Made by a program: the position numbers and the translations under genes. The notes beneath the pieces are model-generated. The model was not told the DNA's origin and searched no databases. It was given only the letters and a program-made list of their open reading frames with translations. Shown here one piece after another: positions 9,211 through 18,565 of a DNA stretch of 64,000 nt. Each line of letters opens with the position of its first letter. Position 1 is the stretch's first letter. The stretch lies in NCBI GenBank assembly GCA_946965045.2, contig OX337237.1, forward strand, positions 2,480,001 through 2,544,000, written 5' to 3'. This DNA comes from Epithemia pelagica. Lineage: Eukaryota > Protista > Bacillariophyta.

Positions 9211-12200
9211 TCAACGGTTCGTGATGAGATTTTGGCCAAAGTTCAGTTCCTACGGGGATGGTGAACACAAAATCCGCCACCTTTCCTAGTTTCTTTCTCC
9301 ATCTATTTGTCATGAGGGCAGGGCAGACGAACATGTGGGCAGTTCTCGTGCGGATGTGGCGCGCATCACAAAGTAAGTCAACAGCTACATCAGCAATCGC
9401 TGGTGGTGGAGTCCATATTAACTCCCCCTCTTCAAAAGCCTCATCAAACCATTCGTGTGTTGTCAAGGTCCTCCACTTGTATGCTGTGTTTCCCACAGAC
9501 TCTAACCAAGGAATGACATTGTCCTGCCGTTCGACAACCGACTTGTTCAAAGGAACATACAGCAACATGTTAACTCCTGTCATGACTCCTGTCATGAGGT
9601 CTCCTCGGGAAAGACCGTCGGTGCCTTGTTCTATCATTCTGGTTCCAGCCACCCAAATCACCCTAACAAATATGTGTCCATTCATTTCCAGTTGTTTTGT
9701 TCTCAAGACCAGCTCGAATAGCAATCTCGACGTCGACGTCCCTTTGTAGAAAGCTGACTCAGCCGTCGAGTTGTCCGTGAACATGAACACTTCAGTTCCC
9801 ATGGGCAACTTCTTATCTTTCACCAGTCCTTCCAATCGCAACACCAGGTTGTACAATTCACGAAAATTGGACGAGCGAGAACCATATTCTCGCGTCCACA
9901 ATCCATGCTCTGTTTCTACCGATGCCTCTCCATAGAGCCATAAAGAAGATCCAAACCCCTCACCTGATGCATCTGCAAAGATCATCGCGACACTCGCTCC
10001 CGACGTCGGTCTTGCCAAAATTTTCGGCGGATGTTCCAAATCTGTCAGCCTATGCAATGCGTATACATCGTCTTTAAAGCGAGGAGCCTGTTTCACTTTT
10101 CCTGGTGCGTGCATTTCCCTTTCTCTTTTCCGAACCACAGCCCTGCGGTCCTTTTCCTTCAAACGCCATCCTTCCACGTCTCTGTCGTCTCTCCATGATT
10201 CCAACGTCAAGTGGATCCCTTTCAAATAAGGGACCATGACATCAAACGTAAGAGAAACATAGACCAGAAATCCTCGGATCCTTTCCAACTCCTTTCGATC
10301 CACCAATCCACCGTCGTCAGCCCAATCCTTCAAGACCCCAACCAACTTTCGCGTCTTATTCCATCTCTCTTGGGATACGGTCTTATAAACCTTCCCCTCA
10401 TTCGACGATTCCACAACTGCTCCTGCCCATGCACCTGGTGCTTTGCTTGGTGGACGCCGTTTTCTCGCGGCATCCTGCAATCCGAAATAAGAAGCACCTT
10501 TGGCCATTCTGCTGGCCGCCAGCCATGCTTCCTCCTCAGATGGTGCAGTTTCACGTAAGTCGTCGACGTATGGATGCACATCTGCTGCTATGTCCCCATT
10601 TGCTCTCACTTTACTGATCCATGGATGTGACGGATCATAATGCTCATCTCCCGGAAGATTGATTCGTACGTCCGTCCAACCAAAAATGTTGTCCGGATCC
10701 GACTTGTCGCCAAATATGATTCGCTTCACTCTCTGTGCACATTGAGTAGTTTGGTAAGGTGAAGTCGTCAGACCCATGGCGCATCGGCACCAGGCCTCCC
10801 AAATCCTCGTTGATCCAAACTTCTCCTGCAACTCCTCGGGAAACAACTCGGTAATATCAATGCCCGTGTATTGCCTAAGATCCGGGTGGATCCAAAAGTT
10901 GAGGAACATCTCTCCGAAGTCATTGTCAGCGGACCACGTTTTTGGCTCCACTGTTCTCAACATCGAAGTGACATTTCCGAGTCCAAACCAAGGAGCGAAC
11001 AAAGCGTCGTTTAGCCCACTTTTTGTACCATCGTATACCATCCGAATGTCTGAGTCACCCTTCGGCACTGAGAAGAAACTGGTGAGTGATTTTATATCAG
11101 CCGTCTTCACAATGTACCCTCGGTGCCTAACTTTTGTCAGCTTCTTCTTTTCGAACGACCGAGCCTCTGGGTCCGGATTCGCCCGTTGTCTCCTTCTATA
11201 CGCTGGTGGCTCCCCGATCCACATCGGATCCACACCATCCCGCATTTCCACCATCCAATCGAGCTTTGGCATTCGCCAAAAGAATGGTGAAGAACCGTGG
11301 TCCCAGTCCCACCATGACGCCTGCGACGCATGGTTGAGTGCACTCAGACCAGCTCTCTTGGTTCTTTCTTTCTCATCGTTGTCGTAGCGAAATCGTTGCT
11401 GTCTCCACCAACTCCAAAAATCACTGCAGACTCTTCGCTTCCAATATTTCAAGGCTAGTCGACGAATTACATTCAGCGCCTCAATGCACCGGAATCGGTC
11501 AGCAACACTTGTCATCTCAAAGTGAGAACAAATGCGATCGTCCCAAAGATACGTTGGTATCTCTGCATCATCGGATTTAGTCGCTTTGAGATTCCGATCC
11601 TCTCTTCTCTCCTCCATGTTCAACGATCCGCCACCTTCGCTGTCAAGAGCAGTAAACAATTCACAATCCTCTGTCATTCGCGTTACCGGTGTTGGATCGA
11701 CTCCCATGACCACTTCTTCATTTTCACTTCGCTGCTGCCCCCTAGAGACCTCGTCCTTCTCATTCGTCCAGCCCAGAATCGACCTTGCAACCTGCACCCT
11801 GCTCTTGAACGGGACTCCGATCTCGGAAGTCCATCGGTCTAGCTCTTGATCCGAACCTTTCTTGTGCAACGCCGCTGGTAAATCCAGCGCCACCGCAAGT
11901 TCGCTTGGTGCAATTTTTCGCTCCACAAATCCTGATCTCGTCGCATAGACGCTGGGCAAGACATGCAGCCTTCCCAAATCCTTCTTCCAAACCAACTTTC
12001 TTTCCAGTATTGAGACCCCACGTTTTGACAAGCTGTCTTCAGTATCGTCCCTAAACATACTCAACGGACATTCCTTGCCTTGAATTGTCGGATCGATAAC
12101 ACCTCGAAAAGTCGTGTGCTTGAGCCCTTGTTCCAGGTGGTCCGCCCAACAATCTACAAATCTCCTCTCATCCAAAACCTTTCTCTCCGCTACATGTATC

Positions 12201-12838
12201 CATGATTCCAGATCAGTAACACCACCCAAAGCAGTGTGATCCAATTTCATGATACCTTGTATCCAGACTCCTTGGACCGTCGACGAGGGTCCTCCCTTCT
12301 TCCTTCCTCCAATCCAAAACACAAGTTTCACATCATGCCGCAACCAAACCTCGTGACCAGGACCTGGTATTATTCCCTTCTCAAAGAAAATGACGTCCAC
12401 TGGTTCCCTTGTTTCCCAATCTGCTGGCGACACGTAAGCGATTCTGCGACGCTTGAGTCCTCGATTCTTGGTTTGTCTCTCTTGTAAATCCAGAGCCTTG
12501 CTTCTCCAATCCATCGCCCCTGTTTCTTCCTGTATCAAATCCTTCTCCAACACATCGATCCAAACAACATCTCCAAGCGAAGACACCGCCCAGAACCAAA
12601 AGGGGGTGCTCGTGCTCACCAAACCGACTCGCCATTTTCCTTTTTCTACGGACAACTTCGAAACCATCCGTTCGGCGACACCATCGTTTGAATTTGCAGC
12701 TGGTGCATGTATCCTAGAATAATCTTTAGTGTCTTGGCTCGCTAGTCTTTGCGCTTTGTTTTCTCGAGTCTCCAAAACTTCGCTTGTAGTTGTCTTTCTT
12801 TTCGTAGTTTTACGACTGTTGCGGTCACTTTTCTCCAT
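9044..12838 (-). CDS. Retrotransposon ORF2, reverse transcriptase plus RNase H
   Basis: 1264 aa. RT motifs IRMVYDGTKSGLN, DNDFGEMFLNF, MGLTTSPY and YVDD. RNase H motifs IFADAS, SSNFREL, FTDNST and TDGLSRG. Confidence 0.95.
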   Translation of the reverse strand: MEKSDRNSRKTTKRKTTTSEVLETRENKAQRLASQDTKDYSRIHAPAANSNDGVAERMVSKLSVEKGKWRVGLVSTSTPFWFWAVSSLGDVVWIDVLEKDLIQEETGAMDWRSKALDLQERQTKNRGLKRRRIAYVSPADWETREPVDVIFFEKGIIPGPGHEVWLRHDVKLVFWIGGRKKGGPSSTVQGVWIQGIMKLDHTALGGVTDLESWIHVAERKVLDERRFVDCWADHLEQGLKHTTFRGVIDPTIQGKECPLSMFRDDTEDSLSKRGVSILERKLVWKKDLGRLHVLPSVYATRSGFVERKIAPSELAVALDLPAALHKKGSDQELDRWTSEIGVPFKSRVQVARSILGWTNEKDEVSRGQQRSENEEVVMGVDPTPVTRMTEDCELFTALDSEGGGSLNMEERREDRNLKATKSDDAEIPTYLWDDRICSHFEMTSVADRFRCIEALNVIRRLALKYWKRRVCSDFWSWWRQQRFRYDNDEKERTKRAGLSALNHASQASWWDWDHGSSPFFWRMPKLDWMVEMRDGVDPMWIGEPPAYRRRQRANPDPEARSFEKKKLTKVRHRGYIVKTADIKSLTSFFSVPKGDSDIRMVYDGTKSGLNDALFAPWFGLGNVTSMLRTVEPKTWSADNDFGEMFLNFWIHPDLRQYTGIDITELFPEELQEKFGSTRIWEAWCRCAMGLTTSPYQTTQCAQRVKRIIFGDKSDPDNIFGWTDVRINLPGDEHYDPSHPWISKVRANGDIAADVHPYVDDLRETAPSEEEAWLAASRMAKGASYFGLQDAARKRRPPSKAPGAWAGAVVESSNEGKVYKTVSQERWNKTRKLVGVLKDWADDGGLVDRKELERIRGFLVYVSLTFDVMVPYLKGIHLTLESWRDDRDVEGWRLKEKDRRAVVRKREREMHAPGKVKQAPRFKDDVYALHRLTDLEHPPKILARPTSGASVAMIFADASGEGFGSSLWLYGEASVETEHGLWTREYGSRSSNFRELYNLVLRLEGLVKDKKLPMGTEVFMFTDNSTAESAFYKGTSTSRLLFELVLRTKQLEMNGHIFVRVIWVAGTRMIEQGTDGLSRGDLMTGVMTGVNMLLYVPLNKSVVERQDNVIPWLESVGNTAYKWRTLTTHEWFDEAFEEGELIWTPPPAIADVAVDLLCDARHIRTRTAHMFVCPALMTNRWRKKLGKVADFVFTIPVGTELWPKSHHEPLIVAFVCPFLYRAPWQVKRATGLLDEVEGELSSMWASGPTAVRDLLRKLWAFKGNE

Positions 12839-12841
12839 CTC

Positions 12842-15205
12842 TCAAGATTTCTTCGTCGACTTGTTTGCTGAGGACACTGCCTGATTCACAGCACGTTGCA
12901 TCTTGTCCAATCGATCATTCAAACTCATTTGGAGCGTATCAAACTTTGACCGAGGCGTCGTAAAGCGAATAAGATGCTCATGGAGAATGAGTGCAATCTT
13001 TGGATGGCCGCTAAAATCTGCTGCACGGTACTCCTTCATGACTCGATGCGCCTTCAATGTTCCCCAGAGCATTCCACCCGGGGTGTTGGATGCCCGTCCA
13101 GATGCCCGAGCTTCTCTCAAGCTCTTAAAGACCGCGCGCACACAGTGGGATATCAATATCCACACCTCTTGTTCACTCGCCTCGCTTTCCGCTTGGACTT
13201 GGGCATGATATCTTACCATCCAATGGGTAAGTTCATCCCAAAACGTCTTGCTCCACAAGAGGAGTTCCTTAGCCACACTCGATGGCTCAGTTCCAAACGC
13301 AAAGAGCTCACCCACTGCTTGTTCTATTGTATGGACCCCGTCCTTCACATAATCCAAGATACGCTGGTGGATGCCCTCGCGTCCGGAGGGTGGGTGAAAG
13401 TCCGCAAATCTTGGGACTGCTCCAAGCGCTCGGGAATTTGTCGTCGTTGATTGGTCTGATCCTTTGCCCAACAACGGCGGGACTTCAAGATTGAAGGACG
13501 CGATGTACGCCGTGTGATACGGCGTCTTGTCCCTGACCTTGGCTGTTGTCGCGCGTTGATTGGCAGCTCGTTCTTCGTCGGGGCTAGCATCAGATGTAGC
13601 CAACGAGAGCAATGAGATAGCATCCACGAAAACATGGGGATCGGCAGTAGCGTGATGCAAATCCATCCAAGTTACACAAAAGGCCCGTGACGTAAACACG
13701 ATGGATCCAATCGTTACCGAGTCAGCGTCCACCTGTTCCTTCAGGTCCTTCAACAGCGTCTGCATGTTGTTCATTTCCTCTTGCATCTTTGACAGTTCCA
13801 CGTTTCCTCCGATGTTTGTATTTCCTTGTTGAGACGACGGAGAAGCAGCAAATCGAACTCCCTGGCCAGACTGTGTTCCTTGAATACCGGACTTCAGTCC
13901 TCCCGTGGACCAGCTAAACGCTCCACCTCCTACCGAACCGTTGCCCATGGAGACTCCGCTACTTGTTGATGCTGCTTGTGCTTGTTCCAAGTTAAACAAA
14001 CGCTGTTGCAGTTGGTGCAAAGCTTCAGACCATTTGCCTCCAGGATCTGAAGGCGATCTCGATGAGCGCGACAGGAGCGTCAAGGTCGGATCGACAAATT
14101 GAACTCGGAAATCAGTAGTGGTGTCAGCGAGAAAAGACTCCAATTCCTTTTGCACAAGTCCCTTGAACTGACCCGCCAATAAACCAACACGAGTTTCTAA
14201 GGCCGCCAACTTCCCCTCGATTGCCGAATCGTCTCTTGCAGATGGCGCCGCCTTCTGATTCAGTCGTTCAATGACTAACTGTTCAACCGACGCCATATTC
14301 GACACGCAGCTATCGAGGACCTGAAAGGCTGAACGCGTCCCAAAATGAGAAGGACGTTTGCCCAATAACTCATGGAGCACTGACAATTTCAACTCCATCT
14401 TGTCGAACTGTTCGTCCTGATTCTCCTCGGACACACGCCAATCAGCCACCTCCCGAGCCAAATCGTCACGCAGAGTGGTTACATTTTCCACCAAGTTGCT
14501 CCATGCTCCGCCTTGCAGAATCTTCACCGCTGGAGTTGGAGTTTGGGAGCTGATGTCCATAGGCACATCCTTCCAGGGGATTTCACGCCGTCTAAGCTTG
14601 GGAGTCACAAGGCCATGCTCGTCATCGTCATCCATCACAGTTTCAACTTGAACCGATCTTTTCTTGGGACGTGGAGTCATGGTGAAATCCACTTCTGTCT
14701 TGGTGGTCTCCATAAATTGTGCGGCGGTAGTTGGATCCACACCTTCACCCGACGCGGAAGAAGCCTTCCGCAAAGCTGTGAACGATGCTTGCCAACTTTC
14801 CAGTGTGCGCGGGCTGAGTTCCATCTCATTCCAATCGACGCCGCTCACGCACCGTCCCGGTAGAACAGGAGTGCAAAAAACAGTTCCCAAAGCATCGGAA
14901 GACGATGTCCCACTTGAACCACGAATAAAAATGGCAGAGGTGTCATCGCCCACAAGCGAAAACCACGAATTCTTCTTGAGGGAATGCGAAGCCACTTGAC
15001 AATCCGAACGAACACACATGCGCTGCCCTGCGCCGACAAGCCCACGACAAACCGACTCGAAAACAGACTGTTCGAAACGAACGACACCGTAGAGAGAACC
15101 CGAACGAAGGCTCCCCCCCCCGGTCACACTATCACCAGACACAGACTCACCTGACGACCCCACAGAAGGAGAAGAATCCGGAGTTCCTCCCCACGCAAAC
15201 GTCAT
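12842..15205 (-). CDS. Retrotransposon ORF1, gag-like
   Basis: 787 aa lying between A1 and pol. N-terminal C-x9-C-x4-C-x4-H motif (CRGLVGAGQRMCVRSDCQVASH) and coiled-coil segments. Assigned by position. Confidence 0.75.
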   Translation of the reverse strand: MTFAWGGTPDSSPSVGSSGESVSGDSVTGGGSLRSGSLYGVVRFEQSVFESVCRGLVGAGQRMCVRSDCQVASHSLKKNSWFSLVGDDTSAIFIRGSSGTSSSDALGTVFCTPVLPGRCVSGVDWNEMELSPRTLESWQASFTALRKASSASGEGVDPTTAAQFMETTKTEVDFTMTPRPKKRSVQVETVMDDDDEHGLVTPKLRRREIPWKDVPMDISSQTPTPAVKILQGGAWSNLVENVTTLRDDLAREVADWRVSEENQDEQFDKMELKLSVLHELLGKRPSHFGTRSAFQVLDSCVSNMASVEQLVIERLNQKAAPSARDDSAIEGKLAALETRVGLLAGQFKGLVQKELESFLADTTTDFRVQFVDPTLTLLSRSSRSPSDPGGKWSEALHQLQQRLFNLEQAQAASTSSGVSMGNGSVGGGAFSWSTGGLKSGIQGTQSGQGVRFAASPSSQQGNTNIGGNVELSKMQEEMNNMQTLLKDLKEQVDADSVTIGSIVFTSRAFCVTWMDLHHATADPHVFVDAISLLSLATSDASPDEERAANQRATTAKVRDKTPYHTAYIASFNLEVPPLLGKGSDQSTTTNSRALGAVPRFADFHPPSGREGIHQRILDYVKDGVHTIEQAVGELFAFGTEPSSVAKELLLWSKTFWDELTHWMVRYHAQVQAESEASEQEVWILISHCVRAVFKSLREARASGRASNTPGGMLWGTLKAHRVMKEYRAADFSGHPKIALILHEHLIRFTTPRSKFDTLQMSLNDRLDKMQRAVNQAVSSANKSTKKS

Positions 15206-15255
15206 GGTGGAACGAATGAGGTGGATGGCACGGTCGACAAGGCGAAAAACCGAAA

Positions 15256-15549
15256 CGAAAGAAGAGAATCACAGAACCAATGGGTGATCAGATCCTTGGT
15301 GACCCGTTCAACCCTTCTTTCTGACGATTAATCACAGAACCAATGGGTGATCAGATCCTTGGTGACCCGTTCAACCCTTCTTTCTGACGATTTATGAATC
15401 GTCCAAGTTTGTTTGTTGGGAGTAGTCGTTCTGACTATCCCAACAAACGTCGACGTAGCCTTGCAAACCTCTTGGGATCTTCTTTGGGTGCAATGTCCGT
15501 TCCTCGTTTGTCAGTCGGTCCCTTCTTGACCGGGGGCGGTACGATGCGG
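15256..15549 (-). repeat. Split direct repeat A1 (contains a 63-bp tandem duplication, 15267-15392)
   Basis: Matches A2. aatcacagaacc...ctgacgatt occurs twice (15267-15329, 15330-15392). Confidence 0.95.
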
Positions 15550-15882
15550 ATTAGTGGGACAAACACGAGAAGGAGAAGAAACGACACCACTCTCATCGTC
15601 ACCATGGGATCTGTCAAAAATACAGGCAGATTGCCAATCCCCAACAATCCAACAGAACTTTTTAAGCTCATCATACCTAAAATGGTACTCTCCCAATGTA
15701 GATGCCTCTTCTGTAGTTCCTCTAGTGGTCCTTGTGACAAAAACCATAGGAGAATCCAATGAGAGGTTCTTTTCCTGTGCAAAGGACAAACAGGCCTCTC
15801 TGGCCTTGTCTGCATAGGCTGGAGCAATCCAAAGCCGGTGAAAGCCTATTCCAGCATCATCCACTTTGTATATGGGCTCCAT
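15548..15882 (-). pseudogene. Crypton-like tyrosine recombinase gene, 5' part (separated from its 3' part by the insertion)
   Basis: Encodes MEPIYKVDD...SPSRVCPTN. In the left-arm copy this peptide is contiguous with PLPAKPETIAQYMRW. Confidence 0.85.
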
Positions 15883-16566
15883 TTTATCTGTTTGATTGTT
15901 TTATGAGTTTGTTTGGTAGGCCACCATTCCTAGATGAGCATGTGCCTTGTTTGTTTTTTGTTGTTTCGTGGCAAAAAGGCTCTTAGGAAAATGGTGGGGC
16001 GATGTGAAATTGGATGCTCAGCTGGATTTCTTAGTGACATCCTTTATTTATGGTAGCTATGTCCTATGCAAGCATGCCTAGCTAGCTTAAAAATTGACCA
16101 GAAACGACCAAATTGACCAAAAATGACCAGGGTTCTGGTACTGGTCTACGTAAGATGGACGTAGACCCCAAAAATCTTCTGGCCAATATATACTGGATAG
16201 AAGATTCCCCTCGCGTGCAAAGCCGAATCAAACGCGCAAGACGATTCCAGACGCATACACTATCCGAGTTGGAAGTTGGATTGTGTCCATGATTGGAAGT
16301 TTGGTTGGGAAAGATTCATCCGTCCGTCGGTCGTCGAGTCATTCATCGAATCTCTTGGAAGCTCCTCGAAGAGCGATTGAGTCGCGTCTCAAACCACACA
16401 CCACACCCACACCCACGCCCACGCGCAACACCCACACAACAACGAAGCATACCGAGACGAAGCGAAGACGAAGGTATTTCGTGTCACGCATTGAGTTGGT
16501 TTGGAACGAGGCACCATTGCGGTGATTCATTGTTGTATTTTTCGAAAAGAGCATTGACAATACAGT

Positions 16567-18234
16567 ATGGACTTTGATTTGGCCGCGCAACGATTGGCTC
16601 GTGACCATGAACAACGCCGCCGACGACAACGACAACGACACGGTGGTCGTGGTGGTGTCGTGTCGGCCGAGGCCCAACGTCAAGTCCAATTGCGCAAACA
16701 AGCCCACGAACGAGCCTTGCTCCAAAAACAACGACAAGAACACCGGATGCAGGTGTGGCAGTCCTACATGCGGGACTGCGATCGACAGTTGCACGTGACA
16801 AGTTTGCTCCCCAGTACAACGACGACAACGACTCGACTTCCGGCACATCATTGGTCCACCATTCCGCACTTGGAATTGACGGCGACCTCGATTCATGGCG
16901 ACGGGGACAAGATTGCCTTGCCGCCCAGTGTTTTGGAGCACTTGACGACAACGACCACCACGACCAACCAGCGGGACGGCACTCCGTGGATTTTTCGCAT
17001 TGCCGTACGCAATCCCAATTACACGAGCTTTCCGCACTCTCCACAAATTCAAGCCCTGGAACCACGCAACGATGATGACGACGACGACATGGATGTGGAT
17101 GACAATGACGACGACACGGCTGTGGCGCAACGAACGGCCCCGTATGTCGACGAATTGTCCCAGTATTATTATCGGGCCTGGACGCATGGAACCGTGGTGG
17201 AATTTACCCAAGACGAGGGTTGTATTGGATTGCCGCATCGAATGGCCTCCACCTTGATTGGTCAAAGCCAGGGGCAGGTTCCGGTGCGACGGACGGTGGA
17301 TCCAGCCGCCGCCGCCGTCCGAACCACGACGGAGGAACCACTACACAAGGGTGTGACTGCCTCCGCCCACGAGGAGGAAGGACACACCACAACAAAAGAA
17401 GAAGAAGAAGAAGAATATCATACATCAGGTCATTTGGCATGGGGTGCCTTTGACGTTCCGGCGGTACCGATTGAAGTCAGTTTGGTCCACTTGCCCAAGG
17501 GTCGAGCCTGTACCTTGCAACCGACGGCACAAGCCATTACGGCCGGCTTTTATCACTTGCCCAATGTGAAACTCGTTTTGGAACAATCCTTGATTCGAAC
17601 CCGAGCCGTCTTGTCGGTGCACGATTCGGTCGAAACCTGGCATCGCGGCGTGTGTTATCCCTTGATCGTGACACATGTCGAACCGGCCACCTATCACGCC
17701 GTCGTGTGCCTGGATACCGATTTGACAGTGGATTTTGCCCCGCCGCCAACGTCCGAAACGACCAACCGGAACACGGCCACGCAGGAGGCTGCTGATTCGA
17801 CAACGACGACGACACCTAGTGGTGGGGGTGGTCATGTGTTGGGTCAACGGGTGGGAGGCGATTCGTCGTCGTCATCCCAACCACAAGCACCACAATCACA
17901 GTCCACGTCGGTGCCAACCTCCGTTGTGGATTCTTCCTCGGTGCTACCCGACGACGACGACGATGAACCGGCCGTGGGAACGCCCAATGTGTGTACGGTG
18001 CAAATTCGAACCGCCACACGACGATTGCAACGACGGTTTGTCCGCGATACCACCACTCTGACGGACTTGTTTGCCTGGATTACTCAACAACACCAACAAC
18101 AGCAAACGGCCAACTTTCAATTGGTGACACGCTTGCCCCGACGGGTCCTGACATTGCAACAACAAGCAGATGCCACCTTGCAGGAATTGGAGTTTGGGAC
18201 CCAGGAATTGTGGTGGTTGGAACTCCTCGAATAA
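16567..18234 (+). CDS. UFD1-like protein with C-terminal UBX/ubiquitin-like domain
   Basis: UFD1 motifs IHGDGDKIALPPSVL, THGTVVEFT..EG.IGLP and LPKG..CTLQP. C-terminal VQIRT...LQRRF...LFAWI...FQLVTRLPRR...TLQEL is UBX-like. Confidence 0.85.
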   Translation: MDFDLAAQRLARDHEQRRRRQRQRHGGRGGVVSAEAQRQVQLRKQAHERALLQKQRQEHRMQVWQSYMRDCDRQLHVTSLLPSTTTTTTRLPAHHWSTIPHLELTATSIHGDGDKIALPPSVLEHLTTTTTTTNQRDGTPWIFRIAVRNPNYTSFPHSPQIQALEPRNDDDDDDMDVDDNDDDTAVAQRTAPYVDELSQYYYRAWTHGTVVEFTQDEGCIGLPHRMASTLIGQSQGQVPVRRTVDPAAAAVRTTTEEPLHKGVTASAHEEEGHTTTKEEEEEEYHTSGHLAWGAFDVPAVPIEVSLVHLPKGRACTLQPTAQAITAGFYHLPNVKLVLEQSLIRTRAVLSVHDSVETWHRGVCYPLIVTHVEPATYHAVVCLDTDLTVDFAPPPTSETTNRNTATQEAADSTTTTTPSGGGGHVLGQRVGGDSSSSSQPQAPQSQSTSVPTSVVDSSSVLPDDDDDEPAVGTPNVCTVQIRTATRRLQRRFVRDTTTLTDLFAWITQQHQQQQTANFQLVTRLPRRVLTLQQQADATLQELEFGTQELWWLELLE

Positions 18235-18565
18235 CAAGAACAGGACGACGAATCTCCGCGCTTTTTCATAAGTAAGACAGTGGAGTACTTATAGCAACTC
18301 CACACCCAACACCAAAAACTCCACTACAACTCTATACAGGAGAAACGGGGAGCGACACCCTGTTGGGGTTTGGCGCATGACACGATACTGGAACCTAGAT
18401 TTCCCTGGACGCGCATACATACAAATACTCGTTGTTTTAGTAGTTGTATAGGACTGTAAAAGTGCGTTTCGGGAACCGTCCTAGCTAGTTAGAGAGGAAG
18501 GGAACTTTGGATTTGGGTTTGTACAGCACGTGGTGGATCCAGTAGGAGGACGAGGAGCCGTAGCA

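Larger units (their letters stand above)
6518..15549 (-). mobile_element. Full-length tyrosine-recombinase retrotransposon (DIRS order, split-direct-repeat PAT/Ngaro-type architecture)
   Basis: Order on the minus strand: A1 (15549-15256), gag-like ORF, RT/RNaseH ORF, YR ORF, B1 (7589-7176), A2 (7177-6947), B2 (6931-6518). All three ORFs are open and the repeat pairs are nearly identical. Confidence 0.92.

Noticed and set aside
2690-15560. Shufflon or phase-variation cassette producing four alternative ORF fusions
   Set aside because: The four combinations are fully explained by one integration event plus the element's own B/A junction. There are no repeated inverted recombination sites longer than 2 nt.
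1643-16582. The inverted arms as TIRs of one giant DNA transposon
   Set aside because: The arms consist of recombinase coding sequence and a host gene start, continue inward past the retroelement junction, and enclose no DDE transposase or polB. An inverted duplication explains them better.
16339-17265. Long antisense ORFs (also 34926-35642, 37079-37858, 39955-40677, 53488-54264, 55716-56396)
   Set aside because: They lie opposite well-supported genes, lack motifs, and are typical shadows of codon bias and low-complexity sequence.
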